Below, one piece after another: positions 23,049 to 35,848 of a stretch of DNA of 64,000 nucleotides (its first letter is position 1; each line of letters starts with the position of its first letter). The notes beneath the pieces were generated by a model. That model saw only the letters and a list, made by a program, of their open reading frames with translations, did not search any database and was not told where the DNA came from. The DNA comes from Octopus vulgaris (Eukaryota), in the NCBI GenBank assembly GCA_951406725.2, contig OX597825.1, positions 24,986,001 through 25,050,000 of the forward strand, in the 5' to 3' direction. The position numbers were made by a program, and so were the translations under genes.

Positions 23049-24105
23049 AAACTGAATGCTAGACTTAAGTAATTGAGTAATTTGACATGGAGAAGACCAT
23101 ACTTAAATGAATACCTTTCCAGTATTGGTCCATAAGTTTAGCTGTTGTAGCCAACATCAAATAATGTTATTTCCTTTTGAAACACATAATCTTATATGTC
23201 TGTTGTATATATGTGTAATATCTAAGGTATTAGGTGTTGGTAAGTAATTGAAAGGCAGATCAATATAGAAATTTGCCCGGATTGCTGTTCATTTATAAGT
23301 CAGATTCTGGAATATTGCTGTATTTAGCTTATTTACTCATTTCTGGTCACTGTGATCTATTCCCTTCACCCGTTCACCTTATGACCCTATTTACCATCAT
23401 TTTGACATCATCAATCCTTTAGTTACCACATTTCTTTTGAAATTCACTGTCTCTACTTCATTTAATTTTGACAGTAATGAAGATTTTTTTGTCTTGCAAG
23501 TACTTGATGACCCTGTCAGTGTAGGTGCCACTTAAAAGCATCCAGTCCACACTGTAAAGTGGTTGGTGTTTGGAAGGACATTCAGCTGTAAAAACCTTAC
23601 CAAAACTGACCTCGCCTGTGCTTGTGCCGTGTAGAAAGCACTACTGACCGTGCATGTGCTATGTAAAAAGCACTAAGTCCACTCTGCTGTGTAGTTGGTG
23701 TTAGGAAGGGCATCCAGCTGTAAAAACCATGCCGAAACAGCCACAGAGGTCTGGTGCAGGCTTCTGCCTCGTCAGCTCTTGTGAAACCGTCCTACCCATG
23801 CTAGCGTGAAAGGCGAATGTTAAACAATGATGATGAACCTTGTTGTTATTTATCTGATGGTTGGGACATAAATTTTTGGTAAGAGGTTTTAATTTAGATC
23901 ACTTTGAATCTGGAAGCTTGTGTCTTAGGATCAGGGCAGGTTAGTAATAAAAGGGTTAATGACACAAAAGCATTTGTTTCCTGAATTTATTGGACTTCAT
24001 TAAATAGACTAAATTGCTTTAGGCATTGATTGTGGCTATTTCTATATTTCATTTTGAAGTACCCAACAACTGAATTAAATTTGTTTTGGCTAGGTTTATC
24101 TTTAA

Positions 24106-24323
24106 CCCTTTAGCATTTAAACTGGCCATATCCGGCCTAAAGTATTCTGCCTGTTTTATGGTCAAACTGGCCAGATCTGGCCTCTCACACCAACCCTACA
24201 ATATTGTTTTAAAAATTACAGGTACCTCATCAAAATCTCATCGCAACAAGATAATGCATGATTAGTTCAAAACAATTTAGATAAAAAGATTAATTTTGGC
24301 AGAATAATGCAAACACTAAAAGG
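24106..24323. mobile_element. piggyBac-like MITE (TTAA TSD)
   Basis: TTAA|CCCTTTAG...CTAAAAGG|TTAA; a related copy lies at 34528-34728. Confidence 0.65.
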
Positions 24324-25009
24324 TTAATGATAATTTTATATTTAAGATTTAACCCTTTTGACACCAACCCACCTGAGACCACCCCACACTAGTTCTATGA
24401 CACAAATTTATTTGCTTAAAGTGATCCAGATTAAAACCTTCCAACAAAATGCTTAATGTTCCAAACACTGCTTAAAAATAACTAAAAATTATTTTACTAA
24501 ATTCTTTGTTATTTTCAAAATTAATTAGAACAAAAGCAGTGTCTTTCATCAGAAATATAGTAAAGAAAGAGTTAGAATTAAGATTTCTTGATTAATACTG
24601 CAATTGGGATCAGTAGATATATTTTAGCATGTGGTTAATGATGCTCGTTTTCCCTCTGCTATTAATCCCTGTTTGTATTTGCTTTTCATTGTAATAGTAA
24701 TGCCCTTGTATAAAGCATACTACTTAATTTTTCAAAGTTATATAAATCTATTAAAATAATTAGCAGTGTGTCGCCAACAGTTTTTTTTCTCTTGGTTTAT
24801 TCATTCCCCTGACCAGCACATCAAGGACAATTAGCTGTTATCATAATTCTGCCATGTCTCTACTTCATGGAAATACTAACAGGTTGTTCGTTTAGCTGAG
24901 CCATGAAACTTTCATTTTGTCCATTTCATGGAAACATTGATAGGTTGTTTAGTTAGCTGATTACTGTGTGAAAATTGACATGAATTTAAATGTCCATACA
25001 TAAAAATTT

Positions 25010-25057
<48 letters not shown>

Positions 25058-25216
25058 TAAATAAAAGATACACATTAAGTGCTGGACATTGCCACCAGGT
25101 GAAAAATACGTAAACACACGAGAGATAAGTACAGGACAAAATACCAAAAGAAGATAACTCCTCATCAGTTGTTTTACTATTCCCTATTTTGTGATATATA
25201 TATCTATATGTATGTA

Positions 25217-25258
<42 letters not shown>

Positions 25259-26262
25259 AGAAAATGGAGGACAAATAATAAACAGAAGTGTGTCTTTTGC
25301 GCTAGTAAGCCATTATTTAATTAGTAAATAAAGGTGAGAGTGAGCGTGGAGTTGTATATGACCGTTTCTGTTTACCGCTAAATTACCTGCTGCCGTATAC
25401 CTATTACCAAGGAATATACCTACTGGGGTACTAACCAGAAGTGCCTATGGATATATCTATCCCTTAGAGGTTTTCAACACCTCTAACTTATACCTGCATT
25501 ATATATATATATATATATAAGGGTAAAGACCTTTGGTCATGAATAACCAAGGGATTACACCTTGAAAGTTTGCCTCTGAAACACAAGTGCACGCAAGGTT
25601 GTTTATGGAAGATCAGCAGTCACCCATGCATACCAATGTTATCCAAGGGTAAGTCAAAAGCTGGTACAGCTTGGCACCAATGATGTCGCAACTCATTTCT
25701 GCAACTGAGTGAACTAAAGCAACATTAAATAGTGTCTTGCTCAAGAGCACGACATAGCCCGGCCCTAGAATTGAACCCACAACCTCACAATTGAAAGCTT
25801 GATGCTCTAACCTATATGTGTGTGTGTGTTTAATTATTGAGTAAATGCTAAAGTAGAATATATACCTTTTATTGAAAGAATCCCCCCTCTCTCTCTCTCT
25901 CTTTCGGAGAGGCACAAGCACCTACACGCACATATACACACACGGCAGTAACTTCCGCCTGCCAAATTCAATCACAAAGCTTCGGTCGGCTCGGGGCTAT
26001 AGCGGAAGACACCTACCCAAAGTGCCACGCAGTGGGACTGAACCTGAAACCATGTAGTTAGGAAGCAAGCTCCCTAACCACACAGCCATGCCACTGCAAA
26101 TAATTAACTGTAAAAAAGGGAATTTTTATCGGCTCTAGATGATTCCCATAGGTACCCACTGGACAAATATTTAAGCATTGAAACTATTTGTCGGCACATT
26201 ACATTTTCTCTTAGTAAACACTATTCCCATTATTACTCTATGACAATTTGTTTTTGTTTCAG

Positions 26263-26411
26263 AGGCCCAGCCCGGTTTTCAAACTTTCCTCAAATATGCC
26301 AAAGTTGAATTAACCCCACCAACATTTTCTGACATGCCAAAGGTTTCACAAGGTTTTGTCAGTGTAACCAACAGCATAAAGACTGGCAAATGGAAGGCTC
26401 TAACAGTTAAG
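26263..26411 (+). CDS. ATP5MG: ATP synthase subunit g, exon 2
   Basis: tttttgtttcag acceptor; reads AQPGFQTFLKYAKVELTPPTFSDMPKVSQGFVSVTNSIKTGKWKALTVK with the hallmark YAKVELxPP; AAG|GTAAGA donor. Confidence 0.95.
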
Positions 26412-26519
26412 GTAAGAATTCTGATGTTTCTATCCAAGTCCTTCGCTGAACAATTTCAAAAGTCACATGTTGGTATCTCTGCATTTGTTGCAATGGGCTG
26501 ATGCCTGTATTGCATAACT

Positions 26520-26838
26520 AGCACCCATACCAGTGGCACGTAAAAGGCACCTTTCGAGTCCTGGGCCTCATAAAGACAATGACAAATGACTAAGACCTTT
26601 GGTAGTAGACTGTGCTTGAGAAGACCAATTGAAATCGTAGTAGTGGCAGATACTGGTGTGACACAACTGGCGTGTAAAAGCACTCATTGCACTCTTGGAG
26701 TGGTTGGCATATTTGGAAGGGCATCCAACCATAGAAACCATGCCAAATCAGACTGGAGTCAGGTGCAGCTCGGCACCTCTGGTCAAACCATCCAACCCAT
26801 GCCAGTATGGACAACGGACGCTAAATGATGATGATGAT
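26520..26838 (+). mobile_element. RTE LINE 3' UTR fragment ending in (GAT)n
   Basis: Matches the 3' end of the RTE at 55990-56330. Confidence 0.6.
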
Positions 26839-27886
26839 ATACATACATGTACACGCAGACGGCATCAGTATTGAGTACATGCTACAGTTCTGCAATTAAA
26901 ATCCAGTTTTCTAGAAATAATTAGGATTCAATGTTTTTCTTTTGTTTTTGATGTAAAAAGTAAAACCTCAATTTATGTTAGTTATTGGTACCAAGACGTG
27001 CATAGTAACTCGGAAAACAATGTAACAAAAAATAATGATTTTAAGACTTCATTAGCTCATCATCATCGTTTAACATCTGATTTCTATGGTAGCATGGGTT
27101 GCACAATTTTGACTGGAGCTGCCCCTGCCTCCAATTGTCTGTTTTGGCATGGTTTCTATGGCTACATGCCTTTTCTAACACTAACCACTTTACACAGTGT
27201 TCTGGGTGCTTTTACATGGCACTGGCAACATCTTAATAAATGGTTTCTATCTACCAAATTCACTCATAAGGCTATAGTGGAAGACACTTGCCCAAGGTGC
27301 CACACAGTGGGACTGAACCTGGAACCATGTAGTTGGGAAGCAAGCTTCTTACAAACAGCCGCTCTTGTGAATGTTTTTATGGTACAATGGGCTGTTAAAT
27401 GTTAGTAGCACAAAGCCATCATCTGATTCAGAGCCTGGCTTAGGGATGACCCTGTGGTTAAAAAGTTCACTTCCCAGCCATATGATATTGGGCTCAGTCT
27501 CTCATCATGGTGACACCTTCAATCAGGGTCTTCTGCTATAGCCACAGAATCATGAAAGCCTATCATATATGTACATTTGTGCATCTGTGGTAATGTTTAC
27601 ATTTGCACTTCTTCCGGAATCACTGAGCTACAAGCAGTGCTGTTGTTGTCATTTCTCCTGTCCAAAGACCTGTGCAATAAAAGTTCCCTTGAAAAATAGG
27701 AAAGGCATCTGGCCGTAAAACAGTTTCTCAGTAATATGTTCAACTAACTCATGCTGCCATGGGAAAATAGACATAAAGGTAAACGATTGGATCTAGATCA
27801 AAATGATTGATGGGCTCTGGTGTGAAGTTGGACACTGCCAGAACATAAACATCTGGTACATTTCATACTTATCCCTATTGCCTAGA

Positions 27887-28064
27887 CAGTGCTCTGCAAA
27901 CAATATTTCATGGCACATTGGTGTACCATGAGACAATGCTTGGTATGCCATAGCGTAAACCGAATATAATTTTTTCCCAGTACTTTGTTTTTAGTTCAGG
28001 TGTGCTGCTAAATTTTGAAAAGAATATAAATGTACCTCAAGTGGAAAAAGGTTGCGGAGCACTG
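27887..28064. mobile_element. hAT-type MITE in ATP5MG intron 2
   Basis: TIRs cagtgctctgcaaac / ggttgcggagcactg; gcctag on both flanks. Confidence 0.65.
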
Positions 28065-28505
28065 GCCTAGGTAGACTAAGTGCAACAAAGTATATTGAGC
28101 TCTTTAGAAGCAATGCCAGTATTCGTATTTTTTTTTTCTGCCTGGTGTCTCTCTCTTTATCCGCTCAGTCAAAGTCGACTCCCGGTCACTCGTTGGATCA
28201 GTGTCCTCCAGTCAGTTCTTGGTCGGCCTCTTCCTCTCTTGCCACTGACCATTCCGAGCATGATGTCCTTCTCCAGGGATTTTCTCTGCATAATATGACC
28301 GAAATATGCCAATCAATGCTTGGTGATCCCAGCTTCTAGCGACATTTTCGGCCTTATCTGCTTCAGAACTTCTCCATTGGTGAGCCTCGCTGTCCATGGA
28401 ATCCGTAAATAAATCAGCAATTATCTCATTGAAATTACCTTTTAGCCTGAAAAAAAAAAACTTCTTTGGCATAACATTTGTCTTTGTTTTCTTTTTAATT
28501 TACAG

Positions 28506-28622
28506 GAAGGCCTCCTCAATACCGTTATTGCAGTCGAAATAATGTGTTGGTTCTTTGTTGGAGAAATAATCGGAAAAGGTAGTCTTATTGGTTACAACAT
28601 ACCAGGAGCATTTCATGCATAG
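28506..28622 (+). CDS. ATP5MG: ATP synthase subunit g, exon 3 (terminal)
   Basis: tttacag acceptor; reads EGLLNTVIAVEIMCWFFVGEIIGKGSLIGYNIPGAFHA* with the GxxxG motif GEIIG. The spliced protein is 108 aa. Confidence 0.95.
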   Translation, partial: EGLLNTVIAVEIMCWFFVGEIIGKGSLIGYNIPGAFHA

Positions 28623-28676
28623 TTCTGGATAGTATGTTATTTGTAACAGAGACTAGCTATTATTATTATTATCTGT

Positions 28677-28682
28677 AATAAA
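28677..28682 (+). terminator. Polyadenylation signal of ATP5MG
   Basis: AATAAA about 55 nt after the stop, followed by U/GU-rich sequence. Confidence 0.7.
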
Positions 28683-31600
28683 CGATTTTTCTTCACTTGT
28701 TGAACTTGTCGGCTTTCTTCTTTTTTTTTTGATTGATAAAAAGGGTAAAATTAATGTTTAATGCATGTGTTTGCAGCAAGTTGGCAGAGATGTTAAAACA
28801 AAGGGGAAAATGTTTTGCTGTATTTTGTTACAACTCATTGCATCCCGAGTTCAAATCCTACCACGTCCTTTCTGAGATAGCCATAATAGCAATTTAGAGC
28901 AGTGGATAAGCAGAATTGCTAAAGCAACATATCAGATACTTTGTGGTACTTGCTTGTCTACTTTTGTTTTCCTTACAATCTTCTATGTGCATTGGGAATC
29001 GCTGCAGATCAGCTAGTGTCCCTCAGCTCTACAGAAACATGGTATAACCAGGATCTGTGGGTGATACCTTGTCGTTGTATTGTGTCACCTTTTGGAATCT
29101 GTATCATTTGGAACTTAATTTACGGTGCATTGAAATTATCCCCAATGATGGTGTTTGTGAAATTGTTAAACTGTTGTAGTTGGCAATAGAAGCCATTGTA
29201 ATATCACAAGAAAAAACAAAGAGGAGTCAGTTCTAATTGTTGGTTTGTGTTTTTCTATACCAAATTCTAAAGCATGGGAATGTGTATAGTTCTTTGAAAA
29301 TTCCTGGCTATTAAAACAAGATTCAAACTTCAGTTGTTGCCATTACATAATGGCAAAATCTTCAGATATTTTAAACACTACGGTTTACATGAACTCACCA
29401 TTGTTGGAGACTTTGGCTTTTTCTGCTTTGTTTCCCTTTCACCTACTTCTAACCCGATCACATCCATTCTCATGTCCCCCTCCCCTACCTTCATTAATTA
29501 GCTCTAGCAAAATCACTCTAACACAAATGACAGGGCCAGAAACATTAAATTTCACTCCTCATAGCAATCAAATGGATCAATCCTTCCTCTGTAGCATTTC
29601 TTGCCACCACTTTGCCCAATTTGTTAAGGAACACCAACAACACTGCATCTAGTTACACACCTGATGTTTAGCCCTTTCGAACCCAATCCACCTGAGACTA
29701 CTTCTCATTTTATGATGCAGGCTTTTTGTATTAAAGTGATTTAAATTAAAAACTTTATGCTTTTCTGTCCCTAATGACGGAATTATTTCACTAAATTCAT
29801 TATTTTCAAAACTAATTGAAATGAATGTACTATATTTCAGTACAAATACGATAATGAAAGGGTTTGTCTTCATTCCATATATCTGTTTGCGAAGGTGTTA
29901 ACATATGCAACAGCATTCATCTAGTTATACAAGAGTAATGTCCCTTGCTTAGAGCTACAACTATATTCAGTAGCCAGGTTATTGGTTGGATTCCAGCCAT
30001 AGCTGTCCTACTTTTTATTCATGCACATGATTAAAATGATGGGGAAATTTGCTATTGTTAATGTTAAGTTGTGGTTACCTTATTAGTTTATGAGTGACAT
30101 GGTTTGGGTTTTATTTTTTTTTAGGTGAGTTATCTCCCTTCACCTCACTACACGCAATGTCACTGCTATTTCAACATTCAATTTTCCATGTGGAATTTAT
30201 TGAGGCAGAATTTCAATAGCTGGATGCCAATCCTGACCGTTTTCCGCGGGAGATTTGATATGGGCACTGCTGACACATACGACGTCAAAAGGGATTCCTC
30301 ATCTCACTCATTAATGGAGTTATTTCATTTTCCATCCTGGGGCTATAGCAGATGAGGCCAAAAAGCGAACATTTTACAGCCATTTTCCCTGCTAGTAAGG
30401 GTTTACCTATGCAGATTCTGTGACATCCTTCCCCATTCTTCACTTGACCACCACCCTTTAGTCAAGTTTTCTTCAGTCTTACCTTCATTTCTGCGAGAGA
30501 TATCCACAGACTCTTAAAAGCCTGAGTAAAACGGCTGACCAGCAAGGGATTTAGTAAAAAACAAAAACATGGGCCTAAATTGTTTAGATGGGACTTTATT
30601 AATACTGATGGCAGACTTAATTCCCACCCACCCCCCAGTTTGACCCCCAAACCCTTCCAAGGAAAAAAAAAAACCCAAACAAAACTATATTTCAAATGTG
30701 TTTGTTCTCTGTTCGTTGTCGTGTGTCACCTGTACATAAATACACCAAAGAAAACAACTAAGGATGAACAGAGATCATCAAACAATCCGAAACCATAGTA
30801 TTTTCATGAAACAAAGTTGATTTAAAAAAAAAAAAAAATTGTTACATCAATTCAGAATGACAATCAACATTTCAACTTTTTTTTGAATTTATTTATTTAT
30901 TTTTTTTTACCAAAAAACACAGAAGAAGAATAAAGCCAACAAATGAATTCTTTCTGAACAACAAACAATATAACATGAATGTGTTTAAAATTATAAACAA
31001 AAAAGAAACATTCAACTTTTTTCCCCCTTTTTTTTTTTTTTCGTCTTTCTTTTTTACTAAAGCAATTTTAACATTTCATAACCATAACAGGGAGTGGGGC
31101 AGTAAGTTTTCAGAAAGAGCAGAGTGTTAGGCCAAACAGGTGACGGTAATTTAGTTTTCTGTCTCTCCAAGTCCAAACTTACTCTCAAGGGGAACAGTTT
31201 CTTTTTCTTTTTTTTTTCTTTTCTTTTTTCCATAAAACAAAATTCCAGTAATATACTGGATTCCCTCATTGGCACTGACATTACAGCACGACTCCATCCA
31301 ACTCCATATCACTGCCAAAACAAAAGCAACTGGTCCTCCTCTATGTTCAAACAACTCTCTATTTGGTAACCATTAAATTGAAAAACCCATTCAAGTCAGG
31401 GAGTGGTGGGTGGTGGAGAAAGCAGATAGGAATTTTTTAAGATAAGAATTGGTTGGTGGTCAAGGCTGTCAGCAAAGAGTGATGTCTGAGTGAACTGACC
31501 CGATGACTTGGCTTCATTGAATTTTATTTAACCCATTTTGAAAAAAAAAAAAAAAAAAAAAAAAAACACACACCTGCAAGTCATACCTGAATACCATACA

Positions 31601-32433
31601 GTCTTCCTCATAAACAAGAGACTTAGATCATGAACAAAACACACACATACACACACGTATATTTAGTTCATTTAGTCAGAACTCCCTTTTATTTTGACAC
31701 ATTCTGGCCATTGTAATCATCAGGCTAGAAAATTCTTGTCTGATAATCATAATTGTGAAAGATTTGAGATACAGGAAAAAATTTCAGCTTAAATAAATAG
31801 CATACTTTACACCAGGTATTTAGTACTACTTAGAATCACTTAATTGTTACTGTGAGTTTCTTGTTTCTGTTCACAGAAACAACTGGAAACATCCTAGCAG
31901 AACAAAAAGCTTGCAGCAGCAACAGTGTGGATCAACAGTTTTGAAATGAAATGAATAATCTCTACTACAGACATTAAGTACTTTTCCCTCTGCTTGTAAC
32001 CCTCCTCAAATCTATATATGAGTATGTGTGGTTGGCATTAGGAAGGGCATCCAGCCGTAGAAACACTGCCAGATCTAACTGGGCCTGATGAAGCCTTCCG
32101 GCTTCACAGACCCCAGTTAAACCGTCCAACCCATGCTTGCATGGATTGGATAGTTTCACAGGAATTGGCCAGCTGGAGCTCTATTCGTCTGTATTGACAT
32201 GGTTCCTACAGCTGGATGCCCTTCCTAATGTCACCCACTTCGCAGAGTGTACTGGGTGTTTTAAACGTGGCATATAAGTTCCATGGAGGTGTGTGTCAGC
32301 ATGGTTGGTAAACTTCAACACCTGCTGCAAGAGGTGCTCATCATTACTACTCATTTTTTAAGAGAATCATCAAGCATTGCTCAAAATTGAGTTGCAGCCA
32401 TCACACACACGTATATATATATATATATATATA

Positions 32434-32663
32434 CCGGAGTAAACACATAAATGTGAAACAAGGTGGAAAAAAGAGTACTCAAATACCAGTGGTAGAGTAA
32501 TATGCTTTATTTAAAGCAGCAGAAAATTCAGCAAAACCTGTTACTCTGAGTTTCCCGTTGCCGTTCGTCGGACAGTTTCTAGCAAAAACTGTCCGACAAA
32601 CAGCAACGGGAAACTCAGAGTAACAGGTTTTGTTGAATTTTCTGCTGCTTTAAATAAAGTATA
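32434..32663. mobile_element. Penelope-like terminal (pLTR) fragment forming a hairpin inside (TA)n
   Basis: Arms 32501-32578 and 32586-32663 are near-perfect reverse complements, with (TA)n on both sides. Confidence 0.65.
32538..32575 (-). ncRNA. Minimal type I hammerhead ribozyme-like motif (variant core)
   Basis: Minus strand reads CUGU-CCGACGA-ACG(GCAA)CGG-GAAA-CUC(A)GAG-UA-ACAG: stem I CUGU/ACAG, GNRA-capped stem II, palindromic stem III, GUA cleavage triplet. Confidence 0.55.
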
Positions 32664-34527
32664 TATATATATATATACATATGTATGTAAAGTTACATAC
32701 ATCAAAGGCAAAAGGACTTAATATGAAGAAGAGTTAAATATGTGTATTTATAAAAATCCTGGTAATTCAAGTTACTGAGAGTTTTCAAAATGCCAAGCTT
32801 CAAACTGAATATCATCAGATAATTGAACAACATTAAGTTTGTGTCACTGAATACAGGTAAGATGTTCTATTAAATTCTGTATGAGTAATCAAAGTGTTTT
32901 AGCTAAAAACAAATTCAGTTAAAATCATAAAATACGGTCAAAGTAAAGTAACTGCTAAATTAATTGAGGCCATCAAATGCTAAAATCGCAATTAATGAAA
33001 CATTTAAGAAGCTAGGGTAGAATTACAAGTAAAAAGGAAAGAGCTTAATAGCAAGAATAAATGTAAATATGTTGTGCAGTTGTTTAGCTGTAGAAAGGAA
33101 ACCAGCAAAACTTCTTGGATACATGCATCGCCAGCTTATATTGCTCCCTGCAACACTCACAAATTCAGAAATTTTGGAAGAAATGTGACAAAACTCTCAA
33201 GTTAAATCAGATCAATGGAAGAGACTGTTTCCAAGTATATCAATTAGAAGAGGATTGAAAAATCAAAGCCATACAGGTAAAGGTGTGGCTGTGTGGTAAG
33301 AAGCTTGGTTCCGAGTTAGTCTCACTGTGTTGCACCTTGGGCAAGTGTCTTCTGCTATAGCTTTGGGCTGACCAAAGCCTTGTGAGTAGATTTGGCAGAC
33401 AGAAACTGAAAGAAGCCTGACACAACAAAAAGATAAAATATAGAGGTAAAATAAGTGTTATCCTAGTGCAGCATAATCACACACTTACACAACTGCTGTG
33501 TACCAGCTCCTAAAAGGCTCAAAGCAAAGAAAGTGAGATGGGCACCCCAACTCTGGAAGGTCATGTGGGGCTTACAAACATACAAGCACAACCCTTCAGT
33601 GAGTTGTGAGGGACAGAACTATAAATGTTAAGTCAGAACCTTTTGGAATATCCAGGTAAGTAAATTTATTCTATGGAACTGGATAAAATCACAGTATTTA
33701 TGCATGAATGTAGCAATGTATAATAGAAATTTATGGGTGTAGAGGCACATGGCTCAGTGGTTAGGGTTTTGGACTCATGATCATAAGATCGTAGTTTCAA
33801 TTCCTGGACAAGGCCATGTGTTGTTTTCTTGAGCAAAACACTTCATTTCCCATTGCCCCAGTCCACTTAACTGATAGAAATGAGTAATCCTATGAAGGAC
33901 TGTCATCTTGCCTTTCAAGGAGGAATATACATGCCTGAGAAACTGGCCCTATGCTCTTTACAGAGTGATGTAGACTGACCATGCACTTTGTGATGAGGGG
34001 CACCTTGGCTCACATACCATCAGGGTATCAACACTCATCTAAAGAGGATACAGATATGATCATAACAAGGTGCTCATAGCACCTGCTAATATTTTGGAGG
34101 AGGAGGAGAAAAGCAAGAAATGCCAAACCTAGGGGAAACCTATGCTACTAATCAAGTTTATGAAGGAGAAAAAGGAGCTGTCAACCACAGCAAGAACAAC
34201 AAATTGTCTAGTTGTGGGGACATGGTATTAGACTTAGGAAGAAGGGTGCAAGTCATGAAGACAAGCCCGAGGTTGAGCATTGTTCTGTGCCCTGAAGTAG
34301 TGGAGAAGACTGAACTTTTTGTCCTGTTTGAGAAAAGTGCGATCAAGAGAGGGGAGAACACCAGAAACCTTTTACAAGTATGGGTATTTCCAGTCAATGT
34401 TGCTGAAGAGTATTTCCTGGTCAGTTGGTATGGCAAATGCTCACAGCCAATGGAATAACGAAAAAGGTGAGGAAGACAGCAGTTTACAGAAGAGAGACAA
34501 CAGGAGAAAGCACCTTTTCTCAATTAA

Positions 34528-34728
34528 CCCTTTTGCATTTAAACCAACTAAATCCGGCCCCAGATATTCTACCTGTTTTATGTTCAAACTGGTCAGATCC
34601 AGCCTCTCACACCTACCCTACAATGTTATTCTAAAGATAAACAATCACAGCATCATTATCTTGAAGCTTTGAGATAATGCAATGATCAACTGAAAATAAT
34701 TTGATGAAGTAATCTGAACTTTAAAGGG
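34528..34728. mobile_element. piggyBac-like MITE (TTAA TSD)
   Basis: TTAA|CCCTTT...AAAGGG|TTAA; interior similar to 24106-24323. Confidence 0.65.
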
Positions 34729-35442
34729 TTAAAGGGCAAGCAAAAAGCCAGGCTGAGGAGAAGGACAGTGATTTGGTCAACACAACCAACATGTTACAGA
34801 AGGATGTTATGGTTGAGAAGTGAAACAGCCAACAGATATTCGATGTTGTCAGATGAAAGGAAAGCATCTTTTTTCCTTTTTCCAGATGCAATTACTGTCT
34901 TTACACTTCATCAATTCAACTTCACTGTGCCATTAAAGTTTTTTCTTAGATTAAGTTCTATGGAAAAATTTCCAAGGGTTCTGTGGGACAAAGGGGGTTT
35001 CTAATAACATTTAAAAATTTTGGTGTGTTTACACTTATTTGTCAACACCGAGAATTTTAACAAATAGTGTGCCTAGGACAACCCAATAGGATTTTGAAAA
35101 AAAAGTAAAGTAAACTGTAAGAACTCTTTTACACAAACACACACACACAAATCTTTTCAAGCCATAATTTTTTAATTATGACACATCTCATTCGTGTTCC
35201 ATTAATTCAGATCTTGGAATATAACAGATCCAAGTTTCATAAGGGACAACACCACTTCAATTACAATTTGTTGCTTACGTTACTTTGACCATATTCAGCA
35301 TTTTAATTAACTGAGTTTCTCTAAGAGTACCTTCATTGACTGAAATGGAAAAAAAAAAAAAAAGATTACCTGTATGTGCTCAAAGACACATCAGTTCCAT
35401 GAATGCTTAGAGCCTGTTGGATGTATTTGTGTGTGTATATAC

Positions 35443-35483
<41 letters not shown>

Positions 35484-35810
35484 TAGATACACACACACTG
35501 ACACATATATGTTCATACATACATATACATAGAAATGCATACATACACGTGTGTGTGTATGTATGTATATATATATATTTACATATATATATATATATAT
35601 AGTGACAGATGTGGCAGAGTTGTTGCTTAGCCACAAGTCATCCCAGATTGAGCACACCTTATGGTCGAAGACATTCCAATACTGACCATCCTCCGATCTT
35701 TTAACAAACAGTGTGCCTAGGACAACCCAATAGGATTTTACTATAAAATTGGATTCAATCCTAAATCTGATTTTTCCCTGTAAGTTTGGATTTATTCCCT
35801 AATATTTATT

Positions 35811-35848
<38 letters not shown>

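Noticed and set aside
25150-25375. CTGATGA and GAAACGGTC hammerhead half-motifs on the minus strand
   Set aside because: They are in the wrong order and in separate TA-bounded fragments, so no complete ribozyme can be drawn.
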